DNA of 64,000 nt, taken from contig CAWGQH010000002.1 of NCBI GenBank assembly GCA_963824735.1, positions 42,066 through 106,065 of the forward strand, written 5' to 3'. Positions 32,273 to 40,963 of the stretch are shown one piece after another. The notes beneath the pieces are model-generated. The model made no database searches. It saw nothing but the letters and a program-made list of their open reading frames with translations, and was not told the origin of the DNA. How positions within the stretch are numbered: the first letter of the stretch is position 1; each line of letters begins with the position of its first letter. A program made the position numbers and the translations under genes. Source of the stretch: an uncultured Chloroflexia bacterium (lineage in GTDB: Bacteria; Chloroflexota; Limnocylindria; Limnocylindrales; CSP1-4).

Positions 32273-33370
32273 ATGCAGTTCGGGGTCTTCACGGTCGGCG
32301 ATGTCACGCCGGACCCCACGACCGGGCGCACGCCCAGCGAGGAAGAGCGGATCCGCCTGATGATCGAGCTCGGCCTGCGGGCCGAGCAGGTCGGCCTGGA
32401 CGTCATCGCCTTCGGCGAGCACCACAACCCGCCGTTCGTCCCCTCCTCGCCCACGACGATGCTCGGCTACGTTGCGGCGCGGACCAACCGGATCATCCTG
32501 TCGACGGCAACGACGCTGATCACCACGAACGACCCGGTCAAGATCGCCGAGGACTACGCGATGCTCCAGCACCTGGCCGACGGTCGCGTCGACCTGATGC
32601 TGGGTCGCGGCAATACGGGCCCCGTGTACCCCTGGTTCGGGCAGGACATCCGCAATGGGATCGCGCTCGCATTCGAGAACTACGCGCTGCTTCATCGCCT
32701 GTGGCGCGAGGACGTCGTGGACTGGGAGGGCAAGTTCAGGACGCCGTTGACCGGCTTCACGGCCACGCCGCGACCGCTGGACGGCGTGCCGCCGTTCGTG
32801 TGGCACGGCTCCATCCGGAGCCCCGAGATCGCGGAACAGGCCGCCTACTACGGCGACGGCTTCTTCCACAACAACATCTTCTGGCCGAAGGAGCACACCG
32901 AGCGGATGGTGCGGCTCTACCGCCAGCGCTTCGAGCACTACGGCCACGGCCCGGCCGACCAGGCGATCGTCGGGCTCGGCGGACAGGTGTTCATGCGTGC
33001 CAACAGCCAGGACGCCGTCCGCGAGTTCCGCCCGTACTTCGACAAGGCCCCGGTCTACGGTGGCGGTCCATCGCTCGAGGATTTCATGACCCAGACACCG
33101 CTCACCGTCGGGAGTCCGCAGGAGGTCATCGACCGCACGCTGAGCTTCCGCGAGTACGTCGGCGACTACCAGCGCCAGCTGTTCCTCATCGATCACGCCG
33201 GGCTGCCACAGGCCGCGGTCTTCGAGCAGCTCGAGATGCTCGGCGAGCTCGTCATTCCGGTGCTGCGCCGCGAGTTCGCGGCCGTCCGTGCCCCGAACGC
33301 GCCCGATGCGCCAGTCCATCCGCGTGCCGCCGCCCAGCGACCTGTGGCGGCTGGGACAGGGGCGGTCTAG
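32273..33370 (+). CDS. LLM class flavin-dependent oxidoreductase (CE1758-like)
   Basis: MQFGVFTVGDVTPDPTTG, GEHHNPPF, TTNDPVKIAEDY, GRGNTGPVYPWFG. Confidence 0.92.
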   Translation: MQFGVFTVGDVTPDPTTGRTPSEEERIRLMIELGLRAEQVGLDVIAFGEHHNPPFVPSSPTTMLGYVAARTNRIILSTATTLITTNDPVKIAEDYAMLQHLADGRVDLMLGRGNTGPVYPWFGQDIRNGIALAFENYALLHRLWREDVVDWEGKFRTPLTGFTATPRPLDGVPPFVWHGSIRSPEIAEQAAYYGDGFFHNNIFWPKEHTERMVRLYRQRFEHYGHGPADQAIVGLGGQVFMRANSQDAVREFRPYFDKAPVYGGGPSLEDFMTQTPLTVGSPQEVIDRTLSFREYVGDYQRQLFLIDHAGLPQAAVFEQLEMLGELVIPVLRREFAAVRAPNAPDAPVHPRAAAQRPVAAGTGAV

Positions 33371-33371
33371 C

Positions 33372-34019
33372 ATGGCGACCCCCACCCGCTCGCTTGTCGC
33401 GGTCAGCGCCGGCCTCGGCCAGCCGTCGTCCACGCGCTTGCTGACTGACCGTCTGGTCGTCGCTACCGAACGCCACCTGCGTGACGCCGGCATCGAGGCC
33501 GTTACCGAGGTGATCGAGCTGCGGGAGCATGCGCCGGACCTCGCGAACAACCTGCTCACGGGCTTCCCGAGCCCGGCGCTGCAGGTCGCAATCGACCGCG
33601 TGATCGACGCCGACGGCCTGATCGTCTCGAGCCCGATCTTCAACGCGTCCTACAGCGGGCTGTTCAAGATGTTCTTCGACGTGATCGAGCACGACAGCCT
33701 CGATGGCCAGCCCGTCCTCCTCGCCGCAACCGGCGGGACGGCTCGCCATTCGCTGGCGCTCGAGCACGCGCTGCGCCCGCTGTTCTCGTACCTCGGCGCC
33801 GACTCGATGCGGACGGCCGTCTACGCGGCGTCGGAAGACTGGGGCCGGGCCGGCGTGCCGGCCGACGGCACGCTGGTCCAGCGCATCGACCGCGCGGCGC
33901 GCGAACTCTCCCATGCGATGGCCATGCGCGAGCCGACACCGAGGCGGGACCCGTTCGCGGAGCCCGCACCGTTCGAGCAGCTGCTGCGCGACCTCGAAAG
34001 CCGGCCGCAGGGCGACTAG
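33372..34019 (+). CDS. NADPH-dependent FMN reductase (CE1759-like)
   Basis: VSAGLGQPSSTRLL, PIFNASYSGLFKMFFD, ATGGTARHSL. Confidence 0.92.
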   Translation: MATPTRSLVAVSAGLGQPSSTRLLTDRLVVATERHLRDAGIEAVTEVIELREHAPDLANNLLTGFPSPALQVAIDRVIDADGLIVSSPIFNASYSGLFKMFFDVIEHDSLDGQPVLLAATGGTARHSLALEHALRPLFSYLGADSMRTAVYAASEDWGRAGVPADGTLVQRIDRAARELSHAMAMREPTPRRDPFAEPAPFEQLLRDLESRPQGD

Positions 34020-34495
34020 CCGGGGCCCGCTCGAAGCTGTTTCCGGAAGAAGACAAGATCGGTGCCCTGGTGCGCCACCCGCTGCGTCTCCCGGTATCCG
34101 TAGCGCGTGTACATCGCGATGTTGTCGTGATAGCGCTCGTTGGTGAGCAGGCCGATCTCGCGAAGGCCGAGGCGGGCGGCCTCGACCTCGGCATGGCGCA
34201 GCAACAGGCGGCCGAAGCCGCGGCCCTGCCAGCGTGGGGCAATGGCCACGTTCTCGACCCACAGGTGATCGCCTCGCGGATCAAGCTCGATCACGCCGAC
34301 CAGCCGACCGTCCAGCTCGAGCACCCAGACCTCGTGCTCGCGTACCGCGTCCGCATAGTGCACGAGCATGGGCAGCGGGGTGCGACCGATGAGTGGTTCG
34401 TAGTGGCGATAGGCAGCAGCCACGAGCTCCGTGATCGCCTCGGCATCGGCGTCGATGGCCAGCCGCAGCGCCGGCGTGAGGTCCGAGTCGGCCAT
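34016..34495 (-). CDS. GNAT N-acetyltransferase
   Basis: ENVAIAPRWQGRGFGRLLL, NIAMYTRYGY. Confidence 0.9.
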   Translation of the reverse strand: MADSDLTPALRLAIDADAEAITELVAAAYRHYEPLIGRTPLPMLVHYADAVREHEVWVLELDGRLVGVIELDPRGDHLWVENVAIAPRWQGRGFGRLLLRHAEVEAARLGLREIGLLTNERYHDNIAMYTRYGYRETQRVAHQGTDLVFFRKQLRAGPG

Positions 34496-34518
34496 GGCGT
34501 GCGATGGTACGGCTTGCG

Positions 34519-34845
34519 ATGCAGATCAAGCTGACGACGACCGGCCGGAAGTCCGGCCGGGACCGCACGGTCACCCTGTACGGTTGGGAGGACGACGAAG
34601 ACATCCTCGTCGTCGGTTCGTGGGCCGGCCGCGAACGCGACCCCGATTGGGCGGGCAACCTGCGGGCCGAACCGAAGGCGTCGGTGACCATGGGCAAGGA
34701 GACGTTCGAGGTGACCGCGCAGGAGCTGTCCGGAGGTCTGCGCGAGCGCGCCTGGGAGCTCGTCGTCGAGCGCTTTCCGATGTACGCGACGTACCAGCGA
34801 AAGACGACGCGTCAGATCCCGGTCTTCTCCCTGAAGCGCCCCTGA
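34519..34845 (+). CDS. F420H2-dependent deazaflavin nitroreductase family protein
   Basis: LTTTGRKSGRDR, VGSWAG..DPDWAGNLRAEP, YQRKTTRQIPV. Confidence 0.85.
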   Translation: MQIKLTTTGRKSGRDRTVTLYGWEDDEDILVVGSWAGRERDPDWAGNLRAEPKASVTMGKETFEVTAQELSGGLRERAWELVVERFPMYATYQRKTTRQIPVFSLKRP

Positions 34846-34852
34846 CGCGCCG

Positions 34853-35356
34853 TCAGCCGAACCGGAAGCGCGTTGGGTCCTTGGCGAAGTCGCGCCAGGC
34901 GACGACCACCCGCGGCCGAATCGCGATCGAGCCCTGTACCGCCAGATCCTCAGCCTTCGGGCGGCCGTACGGGAATCGCTCGCCGAGCAGATCCGCCAGC
35001 CGTTCCGCGGCGTCGCCCGAGATCCCGCCTCCCCCACTCGCCGCGACACCCTCGACGATAACGACGCCATCGGTGCTGTCGAGGTGGACGCTGACGTTCG
35101 GGTTCGCGAGCAGGTCCCGCACCCAGGCCGTCTCCGGGCTGCCGCCGACGTAGATCACTCCCTCGAACCATGTGCCGTCGACCGGGCGCACCCGCGGCTT
35201 GCCGTCCGCGTTCGTCGTCGCCACCCAGAACAGCCTGGCTGCAGCGAGCTGGGCTTCGACGGATGACCACGGGAGCATGCCCTCTGGGCCGCTGGCGACA
35301 CCGTACTCGCGCGGGATGCCCGGGCGGTCGGCGATCGGTTCGGGCGGCGTGGGCAT
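34853..35356 (-). CDS. pyridoxamine 5'-phosphate oxidase-like protein
   Basis: MLPWSSV..FWVATT..DGKPRVRPVDG.W, NPNVSVHL, VVIVEG. Confidence 0.85.
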   Translation of the reverse strand: MPTPPEPIADRPGIPREYGVASGPEGMLPWSSVEAQLAAARLFWVATTNADGKPRVRPVDGTWFEGVIYVGGSPETAWVRDLLANPNVSVHLDSTDGVVIVEGVAASGGGGISGDAAERLADLLGERFPYGRPKAEDLAVQGSIAIRPRVVVAWRDFAKDPTRFRFG

Positions 35357-35410
35357 GGGTCACCTCTCGGCAGACTCGCGGTATCCCATTGTCGTCGTAG
35401 CATCCAACCC

Positions 35411-35773
35411 GTGAGCGGCAAGGACGCGAAGCAGGCTCCCCCGAACCTGGAGCGATACGAGCGGCTGGTCGCGACGGTCCCTGGCGTGGAGCGCAAGGGT
35501 GTGACGCTTCCATACACGTCGCTCAACGGCCACATGTTCAGCTTCGTGGCGGAGGACGGGACGGTGGTCCTCCGGCTTGCCGCCGACGACCGTGCGGCGT
35601 TCATGGAGCGCTACGCCGCCCGCCTGCACCAGGCTCATGGAACCGTGATGCGCGAGTACGTCGCTGTGCCCGATGCCCTGGCGAATGACACGACGTCACT
35701 GGCGCCGTGGTTCGAACGCAGTCGCTCCTACGTGGCCGGCCTCAAGCCGAAGGCGACAAGACGCGCTGGATGA
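35411..35773 (+). CDS. TfoX-like hypothetical protein
   Basis: RKGVTLPYTSLNGHMFSF, VMREYVAVP, LKPK. Confidence 0.7.
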   Translation: MSGKDAKQAPPNLERYERLVATVPGVERKGVTLPYTSLNGHMFSFVAEDGTVVLRLAADDRAAFMERYAARLHQAHGTVMREYVAVPDALANDTTSLAPWFERSRSYVAGLKPKATRRAG

Positions 35774-36269
35774 CAGTCCGGGCGACGTCACGGATCGAGC
35801 CGGTGTTGGCGATGACAAGGTCCTCGAAGCCGGTCCCCTGCCCTGCGCGGATCCATTCCCGCGCCCGTCGCAGGTCATCCTGGCGTCCGGTCGTGATGTC
35901 TGCGCCGAGCCGTGCCTCGATCTCGGCGAGCGGCGCCTCGAGCCGCACCACGGTCACCGGCATCGGCAAGGCGGTCTTCAGCAACGCCAGCTCGCCAGCG
36001 TCCTCCACTGCGCCGGCGATGACGAACAGTCGCACGCCGGCGTCGAAATAGTTCCGCACCACGTCGGAAAGGTTCTTCAGCCCGACGGCACCCAGCTCGT
36101 GTTCGGGCGAGCCATCAATCGCGTCGTACCAGGCCAGCCAGTCGAGATCGATGGCCGCGTACGGCAGCTCACCTTCGACGATGTCGGCGATCTCGGCCGC
36201 AAGCGACGACTTGCCGACGCCGAATGGGCCCGTGAGGAGGATCGCGTGTGGCGCGTCCAGCTTGAGCAC
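35742..36269 (-). CDS. P-loop nucleotide kinase-like (AAA) protein
   Basis: LLTGPFGVGKS Walker A, AIDLDW, VVRLEAP..RL. Confidence 0.75.
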   Translation of the reverse strand: MLKLDAPHAILLTGPFGVGKSSLAAEIADIVEGELPYAAIDLDWLAWYDAIDGSPEHELGAVGLKNLSDVVRNYFDAGVRLFVIAGAVEDAGELALLKTALPMPVTVVRLEAPLAEIEARLGADITTGRQDDLRRAREWIRAGQGTGFEDLVIANTGSIRDVARTVIQRVLSPSA

Positions 36270-36291
36270 GCGCGAAGCGTACGATCCCTCC
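36270..36291. promoter_or_regulatory. bidirectional leaderless promoter
   Basis: Plus: TACGAT (36280-36285), 6 nt, GTG 36292. Minus: TACGCT (36281-36276), 6 nt, GTG 36269. Confidence 0.6.
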
Positions 36292-37869
36292 GTGGCTCGT
36301 GCGCTGATCCTGCGCGTTGGACGCGTCGTGCTCGCGGCGAGCGCGGGCGTGGCGCTGTCGTCGATCGCCGTCGCGTTCCTCGAGGGGACCGTTGGCGTCC
36401 CGAATGCCTCGAGCATCTATCTCGTCGCCGTGGCGGCGATCGCGATCCGTTTCGGCATCCCGGGCGCCATCCTGACGGCCGTTGCGTCGGTGCTCGTGTA
36501 TGACTTCCTGTTCGTCAACCCGCTGCACACGCTCACCGTCTCGGACCCCGGGGAGTGGCTGAACCTCGTCCTCCTGCTGTTCGTGGCGGTTACCGTCGGC
36601 CAGCTGGCGGCGATGGAACGCGGCCGGGCGGAGGCGGCGCTGGAACGCGAGCGCGAATCGCGGGCGCTCTTCGACATGACCCGCGCGCTCGCCGTCGGCG
36701 AGTCCACCGGTGACGCATTGCCCGCCATCTCCGCTGCGCTTGCCCGGGATGCCGGGATGGACCAGGTGTGGATTGCGTTCGGTGCCGACGACGCAGCCGA
36801 ACGGGTCGCCGCCCGGAGCGATGATCGGGCCCAGCCCTGGCCGCCGCGCTCCGTCGCCGTGCTGCAGCGGCCCACCGAGCGTGGCGGGTCGGGCTGGACG
36901 ATCGTTCGACCGCCCCAGATGCGCGGCGCCTCCGGTTCGCCCGTCCGCCACTTCCGAGTCCGCATCGAGGAGGCTGGACGGCCGATCGGGTCGATCTGGG
37001 GAGTCCGCCCGCCGTCCGCACCGGAGCCCGGCGCGTCCACGAGCCGGCTCCTCCAGGTCGCCGCGGACCTCGTCGCGCAATCGCTGGCGCACGAGCGGCT
37101 GATCGAGGAGCGCCGCCGGGCCGAGGTCGCGCGCCAGAGCGACGAGCTGAAGACGGCACTCCTGGAATCGGTCTCGCACGATTTCCGGACGCCACTCGCG
37201 ACCATCCGTGCGGTCGCGGGAACACTGATCGATCCGGAGGTCCCCGTCACGGCCGGTGACACGCGCGCGGCCGCGGCGTCGATCGACCGCGAGGCCGAAC
37301 GACTGAACCGGCTGGTTGGCAACCTGCTCGACCTGAGCCGGATCGAAGGTGGGGCGCTCCGCGCGGCCGACGAGGCGATCGACGTCGAGGACGTGGTGAC
37401 CCACGTCGTGGAGCGCGACCTGGGCGCCGCGGCAACCCCGGATCTGGAGGTGATCGTCCCGGCAGGCACGCTCGTCCGTGGCGATCCGGTGCTGCTGGAA
37501 CAGGCGCTGGTCAACCTGCTCGAGAACGCCGTCACGCACGGGGGGCCGACGTCCCGGATACGAGTCTCAGCCGCACCGGCCCCGGACGACGGCCTCGTGT
37601 GCCTGACCGTCGAGGATTCGGGACCCGGCGTGGCCGATGCCGCGCTGCCTCGGGTGTTCGACCGCTTCTACCGCGGCGACGCCCGTCGAAGTCGCACGTC
37701 GGGCACGGGCATCGGCCTGGCTGTCGTTCGGGGCTTCGTCGAGGCGATGGGCGGGCGGGTCTCGGCGCGCCGCGGCGAGCTGGGCGGGCTCGCGATCGAC
37801 ATCGAGCTCCCAGCCACGTCGATCCCGGCCGACGTGCCCGAGCTCGCGGACGCGGACGCGGTCCGTTGA
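36292..37869 (+). CDS. KdpD-like sensor histidine kinase (DUF4118 TM + GAF + kinase; lacks the N-terminal KdpD/USP domains)
   Basis: YDFLFVNPLHTL, LKTALLESVSHDFRTPLATI, NLLDLSRIE, NLLENA, DSGPG, GTGIGL. Confidence 0.88.
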   Translation: MARALILRVGRVVLAASAGVALSSIAVAFLEGTVGVPNASSIYLVAVAAIAIRFGIPGAILTAVASVLVYDFLFVNPLHTLTVSDPGEWLNLVLLLFVAVTVGQLAAMERGRAEAALERERESRALFDMTRALAVGESTGDALPAISAALARDAGMDQVWIAFGADDAAERVAARSDDRAQPWPPRSVAVLQRPTERGGSGWTIVRPPQMRGASGSPVRHFRVRIEEAGRPIGSIWGVRPPSAPEPGASTSRLLQVAADLVAQSLAHERLIEERRRAEVARQSDELKTALLESVSHDFRTPLATIRAVAGTLIDPEVPVTAGDTRAAAASIDREAERLNRLVGNLLDLSRIEGGALRAADEAIDVEDVVTHVVERDLGAAATPDLEVIVPAGTLVRGDPVLLEQALVNLLENAVTHGGPTSRIRVSAAPAPDDGLVCLTVEDSGPGVADAALPRVFDRFYRGDARRSRTSGTGIGLAVVRGFVEAMGGRVSARRGELGGLAIDIELPATSIPADVPELADADAVR

Positions 37870-38594
37870 CGGAGCCAGGGCCGCGCGTCCTGCTCGTCGA
37901 GGACGAGGATGCAACGCGGAGCGCGCTCCAGCGGCACCTTGCTGCCCGGGGCTACCGCGTCGACGAGGCACACGACGTGGGATCGGCGCTCATCCGCTGG
38001 GCGGCGCGCCGACCGGACGTGATCCTGCTCGATCTGGGCCTGCCGGACCGCGACGGGACGGACCTGATCCGCCGTGTCCGACGCGAGGCCGAAACGCCGA
38101 TCCTCGTGCTGTCGGCCCGCGACGCCGAGCGGACGAAGGTCGAGGCCCTCGAGCTCGGTGCCGACGATTACGTCACCAAGCCCTTCGGGACGGCCGAGCT
38201 GCTGGCCCGTCTTCGAGCGCTCCTGCGCCGGGCAGCGGGTCCGGCGGCCGACTCCGTGGGTCGGATCGGCGTCGGGCCACTCGTGCTCGACGCCGGACGC
38301 CATGCGGTCACGGTCGACGGTCGACCGGTGGAGCTCACGCCCCGCGAGTTCGAGGTCCTCCGGGTTCTGCTCACGCACCAGGGCCGGCTCGTGACCCGCG
38401 GTCGGCTGCTGCGCGCGGTCTGGGGCGAGGCGTACCAGGACGAGGATCACTACGTCCACGTCTACGTCAGCCAGCTGCGGCGCAAGCTCGCCGCCGCGGA
38501 CGAGACCGGTGCCCTGCGCGACCTGATCGTCACCGAGCCCGGCATCGGGTATCGCGTCCAGGGCCCTGAGCGCGAAACCTTGAGCCGCCCTTGA
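37866..38594 (+). CDS. KdpE-like OmpR-family response regulator
   Basis: LLVEDE, DLGLPDRDG, GADDYVTKPFG, HYVHVYVSQLRRK, IVTEPGIGYR. Confidence 0.9.
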   Translation: MTEPGPRVLLVEDEDATRSALQRHLAARGYRVDEAHDVGSALIRWAARRPDVILLDLGLPDRDGTDLIRRVRREAETPILVLSARDAERTKVEALELGADDYVTKPFGTAELLARLRALLRRAAGPAADSVGRIGVGPLVLDAGRHAVTVDGRPVELTPREFEVLRVLLTHQGRLVTRGRLLRAVWGEAYQDEDHYVHVYVSQLRRKLAAADETGALRDLIVTEPGIGYRVQGPERETLSRP

Positions 38595-38647
38595 GGGGCT
38601 CGGCTCGCGCGGGCTCGGCCCGGCACCTTGGAGCCCGCGCGTAGCGT
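38578..38647 (+). promoter_or_regulatory. tandem response-regulator box and -10 element of the small ORF-kimA operon
   Basis: CCTTGAG at 38578 and 38589 (11-bp period). TAGCGT (38642-38647), 6 nt, GTG 38654. Confidence 0.55.
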
Positions 38648-38653
38648 GGAGAC

Positions 38654-38909
38654 GTGGACAGCCCACGTGTGATCCGCCTGCCGTTCGGAGGTCCGGAAGC
38701 AACCGCTGATCTCCTGGAGGAGCTCATCGCTGCCGCCGACCTCGTCGCCAGCGGTGCCGTGCGCCGCATCGTCCTCGCCTCGTTCCCCGGCGTGGAGGAT
38801 GTGGCTGCGGGCGCGCTCGCCTACGCCCAGGGAATCGGGGTCGCCTTCCGCCTGTCGCGGGACGACAGCGGGCGCGGTGACGGTCCACATCGGTCCGCGC
38901 GAGGCATGA
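38654..38909 (+). CDS. small hypothetical protein (~84 aa; one extra G near 38870 fuses it to kimA)
   Basis: Removing one G gives ...SRDDSGAVTVHIGPREA* with TGA overlapping the permease ATG (ATGA). Confidence 0.55.
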
Positions 38910-40925
38910 TCGGCGGTAGACGGCCGCTGCAGGGGCGCAAGGCAGGCGACCGGCGGGTCCGGGTCGAGCGGCCGCACACCGCCTATTTCCGGTACACCGG
39001 CCCTGGCCAGATGGTCGCCCGCGAGGCGGCGTCGCGCCCGCGATCGCGGTCGGGACGTGCGTTCGCCAGGGCCCGCGGCGCGCTGTTCGGGCGTCCGCTG
39101 GCGAACTACGAGGACATCGAGGAGCGGCTGCCGAAGAAGAAGGCGCTCGCGATCTTCAGCTCGGACGCCATCAGCTCGTCGGCCTACGCGACCGAGGAGA
39201 TCCTCCGCGTCCTCGTGCTCGCGGGGGCAGGCGCGCTGTTCCTCAGCCTGCCCGTGGCGATCGCCATCGCGCTGCTGCTCGCGATCGTCGCCGCAAGCTA
39301 TCGCCAGATCGGCTTCGCCTACCCGTCCGGCGGCGGCGCCTACGCCGTGGCACGCGCAAATCTCGGCGTGCTGCCGGCTCTCGTCGCGGCAGGCGCCCTG
39401 CTCGTGGACTACATCATGACCGTCGCGGTGTCGACCTCGTCGGCCGTCCAGCAGATCACGTCGGCCGTGCCGGAGCTGTTTCCGCTCACGGTCCCGATCG
39501 GCGTCAGCGCGATCCTGCTGATCACCGTCGGGAACCTGCGCGGCCTGCGCGAGTCGGGAAACATCTTCGCGATCCCGACCTACCTGTTCGTGGGCTCCGC
39601 GCTGCTCATGATCGGGATCGGCATGTTCCGCATCCTCGTCCTCGGTGAAAGCGCACCGCCGCCCGACCCGCTGCCCGGCGCCCCGGACCCGCTCGAGGCG
39701 GTCGGGATCCTGCTGCTGCTCCGGGCATTCGCCTCGGGTTCGGTCGCGCTGACCGGTACCGAGGCCATCGCCAACGGCGTGCCGGCGTTCAAGCCGCCCG
39801 AGGCGAGGAACGCCGCCCAGACGCTCGTGGCGATGGCAGTGCTCCTGGCGATCCTGTTCGTCGGCATCACGTTCGTCGCCGACAGCTTCGGCATCGTGCC
39901 GCTCGACGAGCCCGTGACCAAGACGGTCATCAGCCAGGTCGCCGCGACGATCTACGGCGACGGCAGCATCGCCTTCTACCTGTTCCAGGCGTTCACTGCG
40001 CTGATCCTGTTCCTCGCCGCGAACACCAGCTACAACGCGTTCCCGCGCCTGGCCGCCATCCTGGCGCAGGACGGGTTCATGCCGCGCCAGTTCTCCTTCA
40101 AGGGCGATCGCCTCGCCTTCACCGCCGGGCATCCTCATCCTGTCGGCCGTGGCGATCGTGCTGATCGTGGTCTTCGCCGGCGACACGCACGCACTGATCC
40201 CGCTCTATTCGGTCGGCGTCTTCCTGGCGTTCACGATCAGCCAGAGCGGCATGGTGCGGCACTGGCTGCGCGTGCGCGAGCCCGGCTGGCGCGGACGCCT
40301 CGCGCTCAACGGCTTCGGTGCGGTGCTGACCGGCGTCGTGGCCGTGGTCGTGACCGTCGCCAAGGCACCGACGTCGCTGCTGGTGGCGATCGTCATCCCG
40401 ATCCTCGTCCTGATGATGCTGTTCATCCACCGCCAGTACCGCGCCTCGCGCGAACGGCTCGCGGTCCCCGACGAGGGGGTCCTGCCCGGTCCGTCGCGGG
40501 AGGAACGGGCGGTCGTGCCGGTGCCCGGGATCAACCGCGCGGTCGTCAACGCGGTCAACGTCGGCCGCTCGATCGCGTCTGACGTGCGGGCCGTGTATGT
40601 CGCCGATGACGCCGAGGAGGGCGCGCGCATGCGCGATCGCTGGGTGCGGCAGATGCCCGACGTCCCGCTGGTGGTCGTCGAGTCGCCGTACCGCGCCCTC
40701 GTCGGGCCGCTGCTGTCCTATCTCGACGTGCTGGCGGCCGCCTGGCCACCCGACAAGCCGGAGCCCATCACCTTCGTCGTGATCCCCGAGTACGTTGCTC
40801 GCAGCTGGTGGGAGCGCATGCTCTACAACCAGTCGGCGAAGCGTCTGCGGACCGCCCTGATCGGCCGGCCGCATACCGTGGTCGTCGACGTTCCCTACCG
40901 GCGCGACGAATCGCCCGGCGCTTGA
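38906..40925 (+). CDS. KimA/YdaO-like APC-fold K+ transporter (frameshift near 40128)
   Basis: LAIFSSDAISSSAYATEEIL, YPSGGGAY, LLVDYIMTVAVS, TGTEAIANGVPAFK, FPRLA, LIPLYSVGVF, ESPYR, LYNQSA. Confidence 0.88.
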
Positions 40926-40963
40926 CCTCGCCCTGCTCGACACCACGACCGTAAGATCAGCAC

